Positions 1 to 8,674 of a stretch of DNA of 64,000 bases are shown here, piece by piece; the first letter of the stretch is position 1; the number at the start of each line of letters is the position of its first letter. A model generated the notes under the pieces. The model saw only the letters and a list, made by a program, of their open reading frames with translations, had not been told where the DNA came from and ran no database searches. The position numbers were made by a program, and so were the translations under genes. Location: the NCBI GenBank assembly GCA_963752285.1, contig CAVVXN010000005.1, positions 64,001 through 128,000 on the forward strand, read 5' to 3'. The DNA comes from an uncultured Planctomycetota bacterium (GTDB lineage: Bacteria > Planctomycetota > PLA2 > JAEUHO01).

Positions 1-1151
1 TGCGCCTCGAGCACGGAGCGGTCGTCGCCGGTGAACCGGATCGCGGGCGCGGTCCGGAGGTCGTCGGCCGCGGACACGGCCGCGGACGGCACGGCGGCCG
101 TCATCGCACGGACGAGATCCCCCGTCGCCGTGGGGTCCGCGGGCCCAAGGAGCACGCGGGCGAAGGTGCCGGCCAGGGGCTCCTCGTCCTTCCCGTCCTC
201 GACGATCACGATCGGCTGCGCGCGGTCCGAAGCCGTCTCCGCGACGGCGCGCCGTGCCGCCTCCAGGGCTCGTTCCTTCGACGTGCCGGCAGGGAACGCG
301 AGGCGGACCTCGTCCCACCGGTCGAGTAGCGCGAGGTCCACACCCGGCACCGGGGACGACCTCCGGAACGCGTCGAGCGCGCGGGCGACGCCCACCCGCG
401 CGACGCGGACGGCCTCCGACACGTGCACCGCGAACAGCACCGCGGGGCCGTTCGCGAGGCGGACCCAGCCGTCGTCGGTCGCGAGCGCTGTCCGGACCTC
501 CGCGACGTCTCGCACGCGCACGTCGGGCGCCACGACGACGTCGCCGAGGGCCTCCGGCGACGCGAGCGGCTCCGTGGGGCCGGTCGGGACCAAGGAGAGC
601 GCGTCGAGGACGCGCGCCCACGCGAGACCGCGCGCCGCGAGCCGCTCCGGCGAGACCACCACCTCGACCTCCGGCGTCGGGGCGCCGATCGGATCGACGC
701 GTCGGACGCCGGCAACGCGCGCGAGCGCCTCGCCGACCGCCTCGGTCGGCGCGACGAGGTCGGCAATCGTCCCGTCGCGCCGGAGGACGACGTAGAGCGT
801 CGCGGTCGGCCCCGCGTCGAGGAAGACCTCGACCTGGACGTTCGGGGGCAGGGCCGCGGCCGCCACCCGGTCGCGCACGGCGGCGAGGAGATCGGACGGG
901 CTCGCGGGGAAGGAGAGACGGAGGAACGCCGCGCCGTCGCGCGTGACGTCGTCGAGCGAGGCGAGCCCCGGGAGGTCCTTCAGCGCGGACTCGAGGGGGA
1001 GCACGCCCTGCATCTCGAGCGCCTCCGCCGTCGCCCCGGGCGCGCGGAGGCGGAGGACCACGCTCTCGGCCGCCGGTCCCGCTCGCGCCCGGCCGGCGGC
1101 GAGCGCGACGCCGAGGAGACTCGTTCCGAGGAGCAAGGCCTTCCGCCGCAT
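1..1151 (-). CDS. Secreted protein made of RND (AcrB/CusA-type) periplasmic porter/docking-like subdomains, no TM block in the visible part; 3' end runs off the window
   Basis: Not in the ORF track (no stop in window). My translation from ATG 1151: signal peptide MRRKALLLGTSLLGVALAAGRARA, then PGATAEALEMQGVLPLESALKDLPGL (PN1-like), RVAGVRRVDPIG..EVEVVVSPERLAARGL (PN2/DN-like), VRVRDVAEV, and LAFPAGTSKERA (PC1-like). Confidence 0.65.
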   Translation of the reverse strand, partial: MRRKALLLGTSLLGVALAAGRARAGPAAESVVLRLRAPGATAEALEMQGVLPLESALKDLPGLASLDDVTRDGAAFLRLSFPASPSDLLAAVRDRVAAAALPPNVQVEVFLDAGPTATLYVVLRRDGTIADLVAPTEAVGEALARVAGVRRVDPIGAPTPEVEVVVSPERLAARGLAWARVLDALSLVPTGPTEPLASPEALGDVVVAPDVRVRDVAEVRTALATDDGWVRLANGPAVLFAVHVSEAVRVARVGVARALDAFRRSSPVPGVDLALLDRWDEVRLAFPAGTSKERALEAARRAVAETASDRAQPIVIVEDGKDEEPLAGTFARVLLGPADPTATGDLVRAMTAAVPSAAVSAADDLRTAPAIRFTGDDRSVLEA

Positions 1152-1158
1152 CTCGCGG

Positions 1159-1197
1159 ATGCTACGGTCGCCCGCCGGGGCGACCCCGGGGTACGCT
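1159..1197. promoter_or_regulatory. Back-to-back -10 boxes for divergent leaderless genes
   Basis: TAGCAT (minus, 1164-1159) lies 7 nt before ATG 1151; TACGCT (plus, 1192-1197) lies 6 nt before ATG 1204. No Shine-Dalgarno on either side. Confidence 0.55.
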
Positions 1198-1203
1198 CTT
1201 CGC

Positions 1204-2061
1204 ATGAAGCCCGGCGGCCTCGTCGTGCCGATCCTCCTCGCGGCGACCCTCGCCTTCGCCGTGCCCGAGGGCTGGCACACTTCGAGAAAGGACGGCCTCG
1301 CGGCCGCCACCACCAGCGGGAAGCCGCTCTTCCTCGTGACGCTCTGGCCCCCGAACGTGTGAGGGTCCTGCGACGCCTGGCGGAGCCGGGTGGAGACGGA
1401 CGAAGGGGTGGGGAAGGCCCTCTCGCGGTTCGAGTGCGTGGAGGAGGTCTACGACGGGCTTGGAGGGAACGTGATCGCCTGGACGAAGGCGCACGGAGGC
1501 ACGAGCGACGATCCCTCGGCGCAGGTCTTCGTGCTGGGCCGGGACGGCGCCTTCGTCGCGCGGGCGTCCGACGCGACCGCGCACGACCCGAAGGCCCTCG
1601 CGACCTGGCTCGGCGAGCAGTCGAAGGCGTACGAGCGGGCCCATCCGAAGACCGCGCTCCCCCTCGTTCGCGCCGAGGTCGCGATCGAGGGCCAGGGCGA
1701 GGACGAGAAGGCGGTGTGCGCGGCCCTCGACGACGCGAAGCGGCGGGGCGCGCCGGCCCTCCTCTACTTCGGGCGCGACGCGGCGCCCGCGGGCGACAGG
1801 AAGCTCGGGAAGGAGGTCGAGGCGTCGCAGAAGCTCGAGCGGGGCGCGCTCGACGCGAAGTCGGCGGCCCAGGCCGCGAAGGGCTGGGTGCTCCTGCGCT
1901 TCGACCTCGCGGACCCGACGCACGCGCGGCTCGCGAAGTCGTTCGGGGTCGGGGCGGCGCCGGACGTGGTGCTGGTGGTGCCGGGCGGGGACGCGCCGAT
2001 CGACCTCGGCGTCCCGAGCGCGGCGACGCTGTGCTACCGGTTGAAGAAGCACGCGCCCTGA
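1204..2061 (+). CDS. Secreted tandem thioredoxin-fold protein, probable selenoprotein (Sec at in-frame UGA 1360-1362, UxxC motif)
   Basis: ORFs 943-1362 and 1390-2061 share a frame. Read-through gives signal peptide + W..AAATTSGKPLFLVTLWPPNV-U-GSCDAW, the thioredoxin CxxC position. A second, Cys-motif-free Trx-like domain follows (GAPALLYF..WVLLRFD..FGVGAAPDVVLV). Confidence 0.75.
1363..1401 (+). promoter_or_regulatory. Putative bacterial SECIS element
   Basis: Hairpin CGCCTGGC-GGA-GCCGGGTG (1374-1392) with a G-first loop starting about 19 nt after the UGA; possible lower stem GTCC(1365-68)/GGAC(1398-1401). Confidence 0.55.
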
Positions 2062-2192
2062 ACGGCGCGGCGTCGGCCGAGACGGTCGGGCGTGCTCGGC
2101 TCCGGCGGGACCGCACGGCCGCCGGATCCCGGATTCGGGACGTCCCCTCGTGGCGTGGGAGAACAAAGCCCCGGACAGGAGACCCCGTCCCC

Positions 2193-2681
2193 ATGCACGA
2201 GCACGAGCCGCTCCCGGACTCCGTACGCGAGACCATCGACCTCTGGGTCTCGGACTTCGCCGAGCGTCCGGCCGCGGTGGAGCCCCTCGCGCGCGTGGGG
2301 ACGCACGGGCTCGAGGTCCTGGCCAGCTTCCTCGGGGCCGCGTGCCACGGCGGCGTGGAGCCGCCCGACATCGAGGGGGGAGAGGTCGCCCACGCGCTCC
2401 TCGACCACGTCGCGACCCTGGCGCTGCCGCCCGCGTCGCGCGACGCGGTGCCCGATCTCGTCGCGGCCTTCCTCGCCGACCTGGAGGAGGTCGGCCGGCT
2501 CTCGGGCGGGCGCGCGCTCGCGGCCCAGGTGCGCGCGACGGCGCCGGCCTACCGCGAACGTGCGTCCGGGCGTACCCACGTCGAGAAGCGGGTCGCGCCC
2601 AAGGTCGGCCGGAACGACCCCTGTCCCTGCGGGTCCGGGAAGAAGTACAAGCGCTGCTGCATGAACGCGCTGGACCGCTGA
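2193..2681 (+). CDS. SEC-C metal-binding motif protein
   Basis: C-terminal KVGRNDPCPCGSGKKYKRCC; AGGAG upstream of ATG 2193. Confidence 0.85.
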   Translation: MHEHEPLPDSVRETIDLWVSDFAERPAAVEPLARVGTHGLEVLASFLGAACHGGVEPPDIEGGEVAHALLDHVATLALPPASRDAVPDLVAAFLADLEEVGRLSGGRALAAQVRATAPAYRERASGRTHVEKRVAPKVGRNDPCPCGSGKKYKRCCMNALDR

Positions 2682-2709
2682 GCCGTTCGGCTCGCACGGG
2701 GAGGGCCCC

Positions 2710-3258
2710 ATCTCCGCACCCGACGCATCCTCCGCGCGAGCGGCCGCCATCCGGGGCTACGTCTCGACGACCCTCGCGCTCCTCGGAGACGAGGATGCCG
2801 TCGAGGTCCTCGCGCGGACCCCCGTCCGCGTCGCCGCGCTGGTCGCGGACACGGAGCGCGCCGTCCTCGACCAGCCGGAGGCGCCGGGCAGGTGGTCGGT
2901 ACGCGAGGTCGTCGCGCACCTGGCGGACGTCGAGATCGCGTGGGCCTGGCGGCTCCGGCGCGTGCTGGCCGAGGACCGGCCGGCGCTGTCGGGCTTCGAC
3001 CAGGACCTCTGGTCCGCGCGCTTCCGCTACGCCGAAGCGCCGCTGGAGCCGAGCGTCCGGCTGCTCGTCACGCTCCGAGAGTCGAACGTCGCCTTGCTCC
3101 GGGATCTCCGGCCCGGCGACCTCGAACGGGTGGGCGTGCACGAGGAGCGCGGCCCCGAGAGCCTCGTGCGGATGATCGGCCTCTACGCGGGGCACGACCT
3201 CGTCCACCTGCGCCAGATCGACCGCATCCTGGCCGCCGCGGCGACCGGGAGCGCGTGA
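2710..3258 (+). CDS. DinB/YfiT-like metal-binding protein, probable ATC start
   Basis: Frame open upstream of ORF 2962, encoding PGRWSVREVVAHLADVE..RLRRVLAED.P.L.GFDQD.W..YAGHDLVHLRQI. GGAGG (2700-2704) lies 5 nt before ATC 2710. Confidence 0.8.
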   Translation: MSAPDASSARAAAIRGYVSTTLALLGDEDAVEVLARTPVRVAALVADTERAVLDQPEAPGRWSVREVVAHLADVEIAWAWRLRRVLAEDRPALSGFDQDLWSARFRYAEAPLEPSVRLLVTLRESNVALLRDLRPGDLERVGVHEERGPESLVRMIGLYAGHDLVHLRQIDRILAAAATGSA

Positions 3259-3430
3259 GCGAGGCGAGGCGCGCGCTTCGCTCCGGCTCGTCGCGTCCGC
3301 GGACCCGAGGAGCTCTTGCACCGAGGTCCGGGCGCGCGACGGCGGGTCTGCCGCGACGCCCAGCACGCGTCTCGTCGGGTGGCGCGGCCCCGGGTTGCGC
3401 GCCGGCGGGCCCCCGCGGACACTCGGTCGC

Positions 3431-5770
3431 GTGACCGCATCGACCGTCTCCGTCGGGGCGTGGCGGGTGGGGGTGGCCCTCGCGCTGGCCGTCCTCGTCT
3501 CGGCGTCCGCCGCCGGGGACGACGCGCCGCGCCGCGCCGCGGGCTGGCGCCTTCCCGACGCCTCGCCCGACGCGATCCTCTTCTGGGCGGGCTCCGCAGC
3601 GCGGAAGATCCGACCCGACGAGGAGGTGCCCGAAGCGCGGTCCGAGGCCATGACGGTTCGGGCCGCGCGAAACGAGGTGGACGCCGTAGAGCTCGTGGTG
3701 CGGCCGGCGCGGGCGATCGACGGGTTCGTCGTGCGGGTGTCGGAGCTCGCACCGCCGACGGGGTCGCGCGCTTCTCCCGCACCCACCGTGGAGGTGCTCC
3801 GGGTCGCGACCGTGATCGTGACCACGCCGACCGACGAGAGCGCGTCGCCGGGCCCGTGGCCCGACCCGCTCCTCCCGATCGAGGGAGCGCTCTCGCTCCC
3901 GGCGGGCGGGAACCAGGCGTTCTGGCTGCGGGTGCACGTCCCGAAGTACGCGGCGGCCGGCACGTGGAGGGGCACGGTCGATCTCACGGCCCCGGGACTC
4001 GCGGCGCGCGTGCCCCTCCTCGTCACCGTCTACGACTTCACGCTGCCCGACCGTACGACGCTCCGCACGGCCTTCGGGTTCTCGGCCGGGGAGGTGATCC
4101 GGTACCACCGGCTGCGGACCCCCGAGGACCGGCGGCGCGTGGTGGACCTCTATCTCGACGACCTCGCGGCGCACCATCTCTCCCCGTACGACCCAGCTCC
4201 CCTCGACCCGATCCGCGTGACGTGGCCGAGCGTTTCCCCGCCGCGCTCCCCGTACGCCGACTGGACGAACGCGCGCATCGTCGGGAACGAGGTGCACACG
4301 GGGCATGGCGCCCTCCTCCTGTACGACGACCGTCCCGACGAGAACATGTCGGTCGGCTACGCGCCGCTCGTCACGATCCCGCCGGGCGGGTTTTACGTTT
4401 CCTTCTGGTACCGGACGGCCGTTCCGGGCGCGCGCTTCCTGCTCGCGATGGAGCACTTCGACGAGGCGAAGCGGTGGCTCTCGGGGCGGAACCTCGACAC
4501 CCTCGTCGAGGGCGACGGGACCTGGCAGCACTTCGAGGCCCGTGTCATCGAGTTCCCTCCGGGTGCGCGCTTCGTCCGCTTCCGCGCGTACGCGGCCCCG
4601 TGGACCGAGAAGGGGGAGGGCATCGGCCTCGTGTGGCTGGACGACGTGTCCGTCGAGGACCCCGACACCGGCGCCTCGCTCGTCCCGGGAGGCGACTTCG
4701 AGCCCGTCCGTCGGACGGAGACCGTCCTGCCGCCCGACCAGCTCGTGCCGCACTTCGACTTCGAAGCGTGGGACCGCGCGATGATGCGCGCCTTCCAGGC
4801 GCGCCACGTGAGCTCGTTTCGGGTGGACGTTCCCGGGCTCGGAAGCGGGACGTTCTTCGGCGCCCAGGCGCCCGGCCTGCTCGGGTTCGGTGAGGACACG
4901 CCCGAGTACCCTCTCCTCTTCGACGCGTACGTGAAGGGGGTCGAGGCCCACCTGCGCGAGAAAGGGTGGCTCGACGACGCCTATGTCTACTGGTTCGACG
5001 AGCCGGACCCTGCCCAGTACGAGCACGTGCGCAAGGGCTTCCTCAGGCTCCGGGGCGCGGCGCCGGGCCTTGCCGGCATGCTGACCGAGCAGGTCGAGGA
5101 CGCCCTCGTCGGCGGCCCGTCGATCTGGTGCTGCCTCACGCCGCGCTTCGACGCGACACGGGTCGCCGAACGCCAGCGGGCCGGCGAGCACGCCTGGTGG
5201 TACGTCTGCACGGCGCCCAAGGCCCCGTACGCGGGTCTGTTCCTCGACCACGCGGCGCCCGAGATGCGGGTCCTGCTCTGGCAGACGTGGAAGCGCCAGG
5301 TCGAGGGCCTCCTCGTCTGGCAAACGGACTACTGGACCAGCCCGACCGCGTACCCGGATCCCGGCGCGCCGCAGGACCCCTACGCGGACCCGATGAGCTG
5401 GACGACCGGCTACGGCGTGCCCGTGGGCACGCGACACCCGTGGGGGAACGGCGACGGCCGGTTCCTCTACCCGGCGCCCGGCGCGCGGCCCGACGCCTCC
5501 CAGCCGCCCGTGCTCGCCGGCCCCGTGGACTCGATCCGGATCGAGCAGCTCCGCGACGGCATCGAGGACTACGAGTACCTCGCCCTGCTCCGCCGGCGCC
5601 TCGCGGCGCGCGGCGCGTCGCTCTCCCCCGAAGACCGGGCGCGGTACGAGGCGCTCCTCGAGGTCCCGGCGTCGATCACCGAGTCGCTCACGCGCTTCAC
5701 GGACGACGGCGAGCCGATCGAACGCCGCCGCGACGAGATCGCGCGGGCCATCGAGGCCCTCTCCGACTGA
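3431..5770 (+). CDS. Secreted DUF4091 / GH123-like glycoside hydrolase with inserted CBM-like domain
   Basis: Signal peptide; AARNE N-domain; YWFDEP, WWYVC..P, WGNGDGRFLYP, GPVDSIRIEQLRDGIEDYEYL; inserted jelly-roll-like segment (WQHFEARV..VWLDDVSV..LVPGGDFE). Start could be 3395 or 3431. Confidence 0.7.
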   Translation: MTASTVSVGAWRVGVALALAVLVSASAAGDDAPRRAAGWRLPDASPDAILFWAGSAARKIRPDEEVPEARSEAMTVRAARNEVDAVELVVRPARAIDGFVVRVSELAPPTGSRASPAPTVEVLRVATVIVTTPTDESASPGPWPDPLLPIEGALSLPAGGNQAFWLRVHVPKYAAAGTWRGTVDLTAPGLAARVPLLVTVYDFTLPDRTTLRTAFGFSAGEVIRYHRLRTPEDRRRVVDLYLDDLAAHHLSPYDPAPLDPIRVTWPSVSPPRSPYADWTNARIVGNEVHTGHGALLLYDDRPDENMSVGYAPLVTIPPGGFYVSFWYRTAVPGARFLLAMEHFDEAKRWLSGRNLDTLVEGDGTWQHFEARVIEFPPGARFVRFRAYAAPWTEKGEGIGLVWLDDVSVEDPDTGASLVPGGDFEPVRRTETVLPPDQLVPHFDFEAWDRAMMRAFQARHVSSFRVDVPGLGSGTFFGAQAPGLLGFGEDTPEYPLLFDAYVKGVEAHLREKGWLDDAYVYWFDEPDPAQYEHVRKGFLRLRGAAPGLAGMLTEQVEDALVGGPSIWCCLTPRFDATRVAERQRAGEHAWWYVCTAPKAPYAGLFLDHAAPEMRVLLWQTWKRQVEGLLVWQTDYWTSPTAYPDPGAPQDPYADPMSWTTGYGVPVGTRHPWGNGDGRFLYPAPGARPDASQPPVLAGPVDSIRIEQLRDGIEDYEYLALLRRRLAARGASLSPEDRARYEALLEVPASITESLTRFTDDGEPIERRRDEIARAIEALSD

Positions 5771-5831
5771 ACCTCCGAGGGGACCCGCGTGCACGGCCTC
5801 CACGCCGGCACGATGCACGGCGGAAGGCGCC

Positions 5832-6285
5832 ATGGAGCTCCGGGCGTGGGACCCCGATCGGGACCGGGCCGCCGTGGTCCGCGTGTTCCGCGCGTGCGGC
5901 TGGGCCGGCGACGCCGACGACGACCGGCGCGCTCGCCCGGACGCACCTCGACGGCGAGAGCGTCGCGTTCCGGCTGTCGCTCACGGATCCCCGGCCGGAC
6001 CTCCTCTCCCCGGAGACGCGGCGGAGGTATCCGGGCCTCGGCGGCCCGTGGGTCGTCACCCTGGGTCCCGAGTCGGGGGCCGTACGGGGACGAGGCGACG
6101 CGACGCGGCCCGAGCTCTCTGCCGCCGTGGGCACGTTCACGCGCCTCTGGCTCGGCGTGAGGCGGCGCTCGGACCTCGCGTTCTCGTGTCCCGACCTCGC
6201 GGCGCCGCCCGCTCTCCTCGCACGTCTCGACGCCCTGCTCCGTCTGCCGCCCCCGCTCTCGGATTGCGACTACGGACCCGCGTAG
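5832..6285 (+). pseudogene. Internally deleted, frameshifted remnant of an Eis-like GNAT acetyltransferase with SCP2-like C-terminus
   Basis: N-terminal MELRAWDPDRDRAAVVRVFRACGW joins out of frame near 5930 to HLDGESVAFRLSLTDP..WVVTLGPES..LSAAVGTFTRLWLGV..LDALLRLPPP; the central GNAT core is absent. Confidence 0.5.
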
Positions 6286-6327
6286 GATGCCGCACGTGCG
6301 ACGAGTAGCGACCTCGCGGAGGTGGAG

Positions 6328-7131
6328 ATGGACCGGCGCGCTCTTCTCGTCCCGTTGTGTCTCGTCGTCGCGTGGGTTCCCGCTCGCGCGCGTGCCGAGG
6401 AGCCGGCTGGCGACGCGGTCCTCGCCAGGGTGAGGGACATCCTGGAGTCGAAGGACGCGTACGCGGCGGCCGAGTACGTGCAGCGGCTCGGCCCCCCGCC
6501 GGAGGTGGCGAAGGCCTACGCGCAGCTCGTGATGGACCTGTACGGGAAGGCGAAGGACGCCGCGGCGGTGGTCGAGGTGGGGCGCGCCGGCATCCTCTAC
6601 GTCCTGACGAGGGCCGAGGACCTCGCGGCGACCGATCCCGAGAAGGCGTCCGCGTGGCGGGCGCACGCGAAGTCGATAGCGTACAACGTCGGCTCGTTCA
6701 CGTGGCCCGGGTGGGGCGAGGAGGGCATCCGGCTCACCGACGACCTCGTCCGGGCGGGCCGCGAGGCCGCGGACCTGGACCTCCGGCTGGCGGAGGAGCT
6801 CGACGAGCCCGCGGGCGCGCGCGCGGCCGCCCACTGGCTCGTGGGCGCCCACCGCCTCGCGCGGGGCGACTTCGACGGCGCCTCCGAGGCGTTCGGGTCG
6901 GCGCGCGACATGTCGCACAAGGCCAACGACGTGGACGGCGAGCGCATGGCGGTGGGGTACACCGCGCTCGCGCACGCGCTCGACGGCGAGGCCGACGGCG
7001 CCGATCAGCTGGCGGCCGCGCTCTACGACCTCCGTAGGCGCACGACCGAGAACGCGACCTTCTACGCCGACCAGATCGAGAAGGCGAAGCCCGCGCTCTC
7101 GGCGTGGCTCGGGCAGAAGTCCCATCGCTGA
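6328..7131 (+). CDS. Secreted helical (TPR-like) hypothetical protein
   Basis: GGAGG SD, signal peptide ending ARA, YNVGSFTWPGW motif, TPR-like AHWLVGAHRLARGDFDGASEAF; good codon usage. Confidence 0.75.
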   Translation: MDRRALLVPLCLVVAWVPARARAEEPAGDAVLARVRDILESKDAYAAAEYVQRLGPPPEVAKAYAQLVMDLYGKAKDAAAVVEVGRAGILYVLTRAEDLAATDPEKASAWRAHAKSIAYNVGSFTWPGWGEEGIRLTDDLVRAGREAADLDLRLAEELDEPAGARAAAHWLVGAHRLARGDFDGASEAFGSARDMSHKANDVDGERMAVGYTALAHALDGEADGADQLAAALYDLRRRTTENATFYADQIEKAKPALSAWLGQKSHR

Positions 7132-7343
7132 CCTCGCCGCGGTCCGACCGTCGTCCGAGCGCCGCGTCCCGGTGTCGGGCGCGCGCGCGTGGGGAGCGCG
7201 ACGACCCGTCCGGACTCCGCGCGGCGGCGCTCGAGAACCGGTTGGGGGGGGCGTGTGCGGGGGAGTACGCTCCGGGCCTCCCATCGGCCCCGGGGAGGGG
7301 CATGGGAGGCCGCCGGCGCGTCGCGGCGCGAGGGAGGCCCGTC

Positions 7344-8591
7344 ATGCCGAACATCGACACGGGGAACACCGCGTTCATGCTGCTCTGCTGCAGCCTCGTC
7401 ATGCTCATGACGCCGGGACTCGCGTTCTTCTACGGCGGGCTCGTCGGGCGCAAGAACGTCCTCTCGATCATGATGCAGAGCTTCGTCTCGATGGGGTGGA
7501 CGACGGTGCTCTGGTGGGCCTGCGGGTTCTCCCTCTGCTTCTCGGGAACCCACGCGGCCGGGACCGACGTCGGGGGCGTGATCGGGAACTTCGACTGGGC
7601 GTTCCTCCACGGCATCACGCTCGCGACCCCCTCTCCCAACCCGTCGATCCCCATGCTCGTGTTCTGCGCCTACCAGATGATGTTCGCGATCATCACCCCC
7701 GCCCTGATCACGGGCGCCTTCGCGAATCGCATCACGTTCAAGGCCTACATGCTGTTCCTCACGGGTTGGCTGCTTCTCGTCTACTTCCCGTTCGTGCACA
7801 TGGTGTGGGGCGGCGGCCTCCTGGCGGAGTGGGGGGTCAAGGACTTCGCGGGCGGCATCGTGGTGCACAACATCGCCGGCATCGCCGCGCTCGCCTCCGT
7901 CCTCTACGTCGGCCGCAGGAAGGTCGAGGACCGCGGCCCGCACAGCATCCCGCTCGTGGCCCTCGGCACGGGGCTCCTGTGGTTCGGATGGTACGGGTTC
8001 AACGCCGGCTCCGAGTTCCGCGTGGACTCGGTCACGGCCGTCGCGTTCCTGAACACCGACATCGCGGCGTCGTTCGCGGCGATCTCGTGGCTCGTCGTCG
8101 CCTGGACGCTGCAGCGGAAGCCCAAGTTCCTCGGCCTGCTCACCGGCGCCGTCGCGGGGCTCGCGACGATCACGCCCGCGGCCGGCTACGTGTCGCCCGC
8201 CGCGGCCGCCGCCATCGGCGCGATGGCGGGCTGCGTGTGCTACGGCGCCGTGGCCCTCAAGAACCGGTGGAAGTGGGACGACGCCTTGGACGTCTGGGGC
8301 GTCCACGGCGTGGGCGGTTTCCTGGGGATCGTGCTCCTCGGCGTGTTCGCGACCACGGCGTGGAACCCCGTAAGCAGCGGCGGCGTGGACGGATTGCTCG
8401 CGGGCAACGCCGGCTTCTTCGTGAAGCAGCTCGGCGCGGTCCTCGTCTCGTCCGGCTGGGCGTTCGTCTTCACGCTCGGCATGCTGTGGGGCATCGACCG
8501 GCTGACGCCCGTGCACGTCGCCGAGGGACACGAGGAGCGTGGCCTCGACGACGCGCTCCACGGGGAGACGGCGTATCTCGAAGGGGCGTGA
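7344..8591 (+). CDS. amtB: Ammonium transporter (Amt family)
   Basis: LMTPGLAFFYGG, YQMMFAIITPALI, DFAGGIVVH, WFGWYGFNAGS, DDALDVWGVHGVGG (twin His); GGGAGG SD. Confidence 0.95.
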   Translation: MPNIDTGNTAFMLLCCSLVMLMTPGLAFFYGGLVGRKNVLSIMMQSFVSMGWTTVLWWACGFSLCFSGTHAAGTDVGGVIGNFDWAFLHGITLATPSPNPSIPMLVFCAYQMMFAIITPALITGAFANRITFKAYMLFLTGWLLLVYFPFVHMVWGGGLLAEWGVKDFAGGIVVHNIAGIAALASVLYVGRRKVEDRGPHSIPLVALGTGLLWFGWYGFNAGSEFRVDSVTAVAFLNTDIAASFAAISWLVVAWTLQRKPKFLGLLTGAVAGLATITPAAGYVSPAAAAAIGAMAGCVCYGAVALKNRWKWDDALDVWGVHGVGGFLGIVLLGVFATTAWNPVSSGGVDGLLAGNAGFFVKQLGAVLVSSGWAFVFTLGMLWGIDRLTPVHVAEGHEERGLDDALHGETAYLEGA

Positions 8592-8674
8592 GGAGCCGTC
8601 CCGCAGGGCGACGGATCGCGACGCGGAGACGACGTTCGCGCGCTCCCGGTTCCCGGGGTATCCATGGCCTGCCG

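Noticed and set aside
3301..3321. TTGCA as a sigma54 -12 element
   Set aside because: No GG at the required -24 position.
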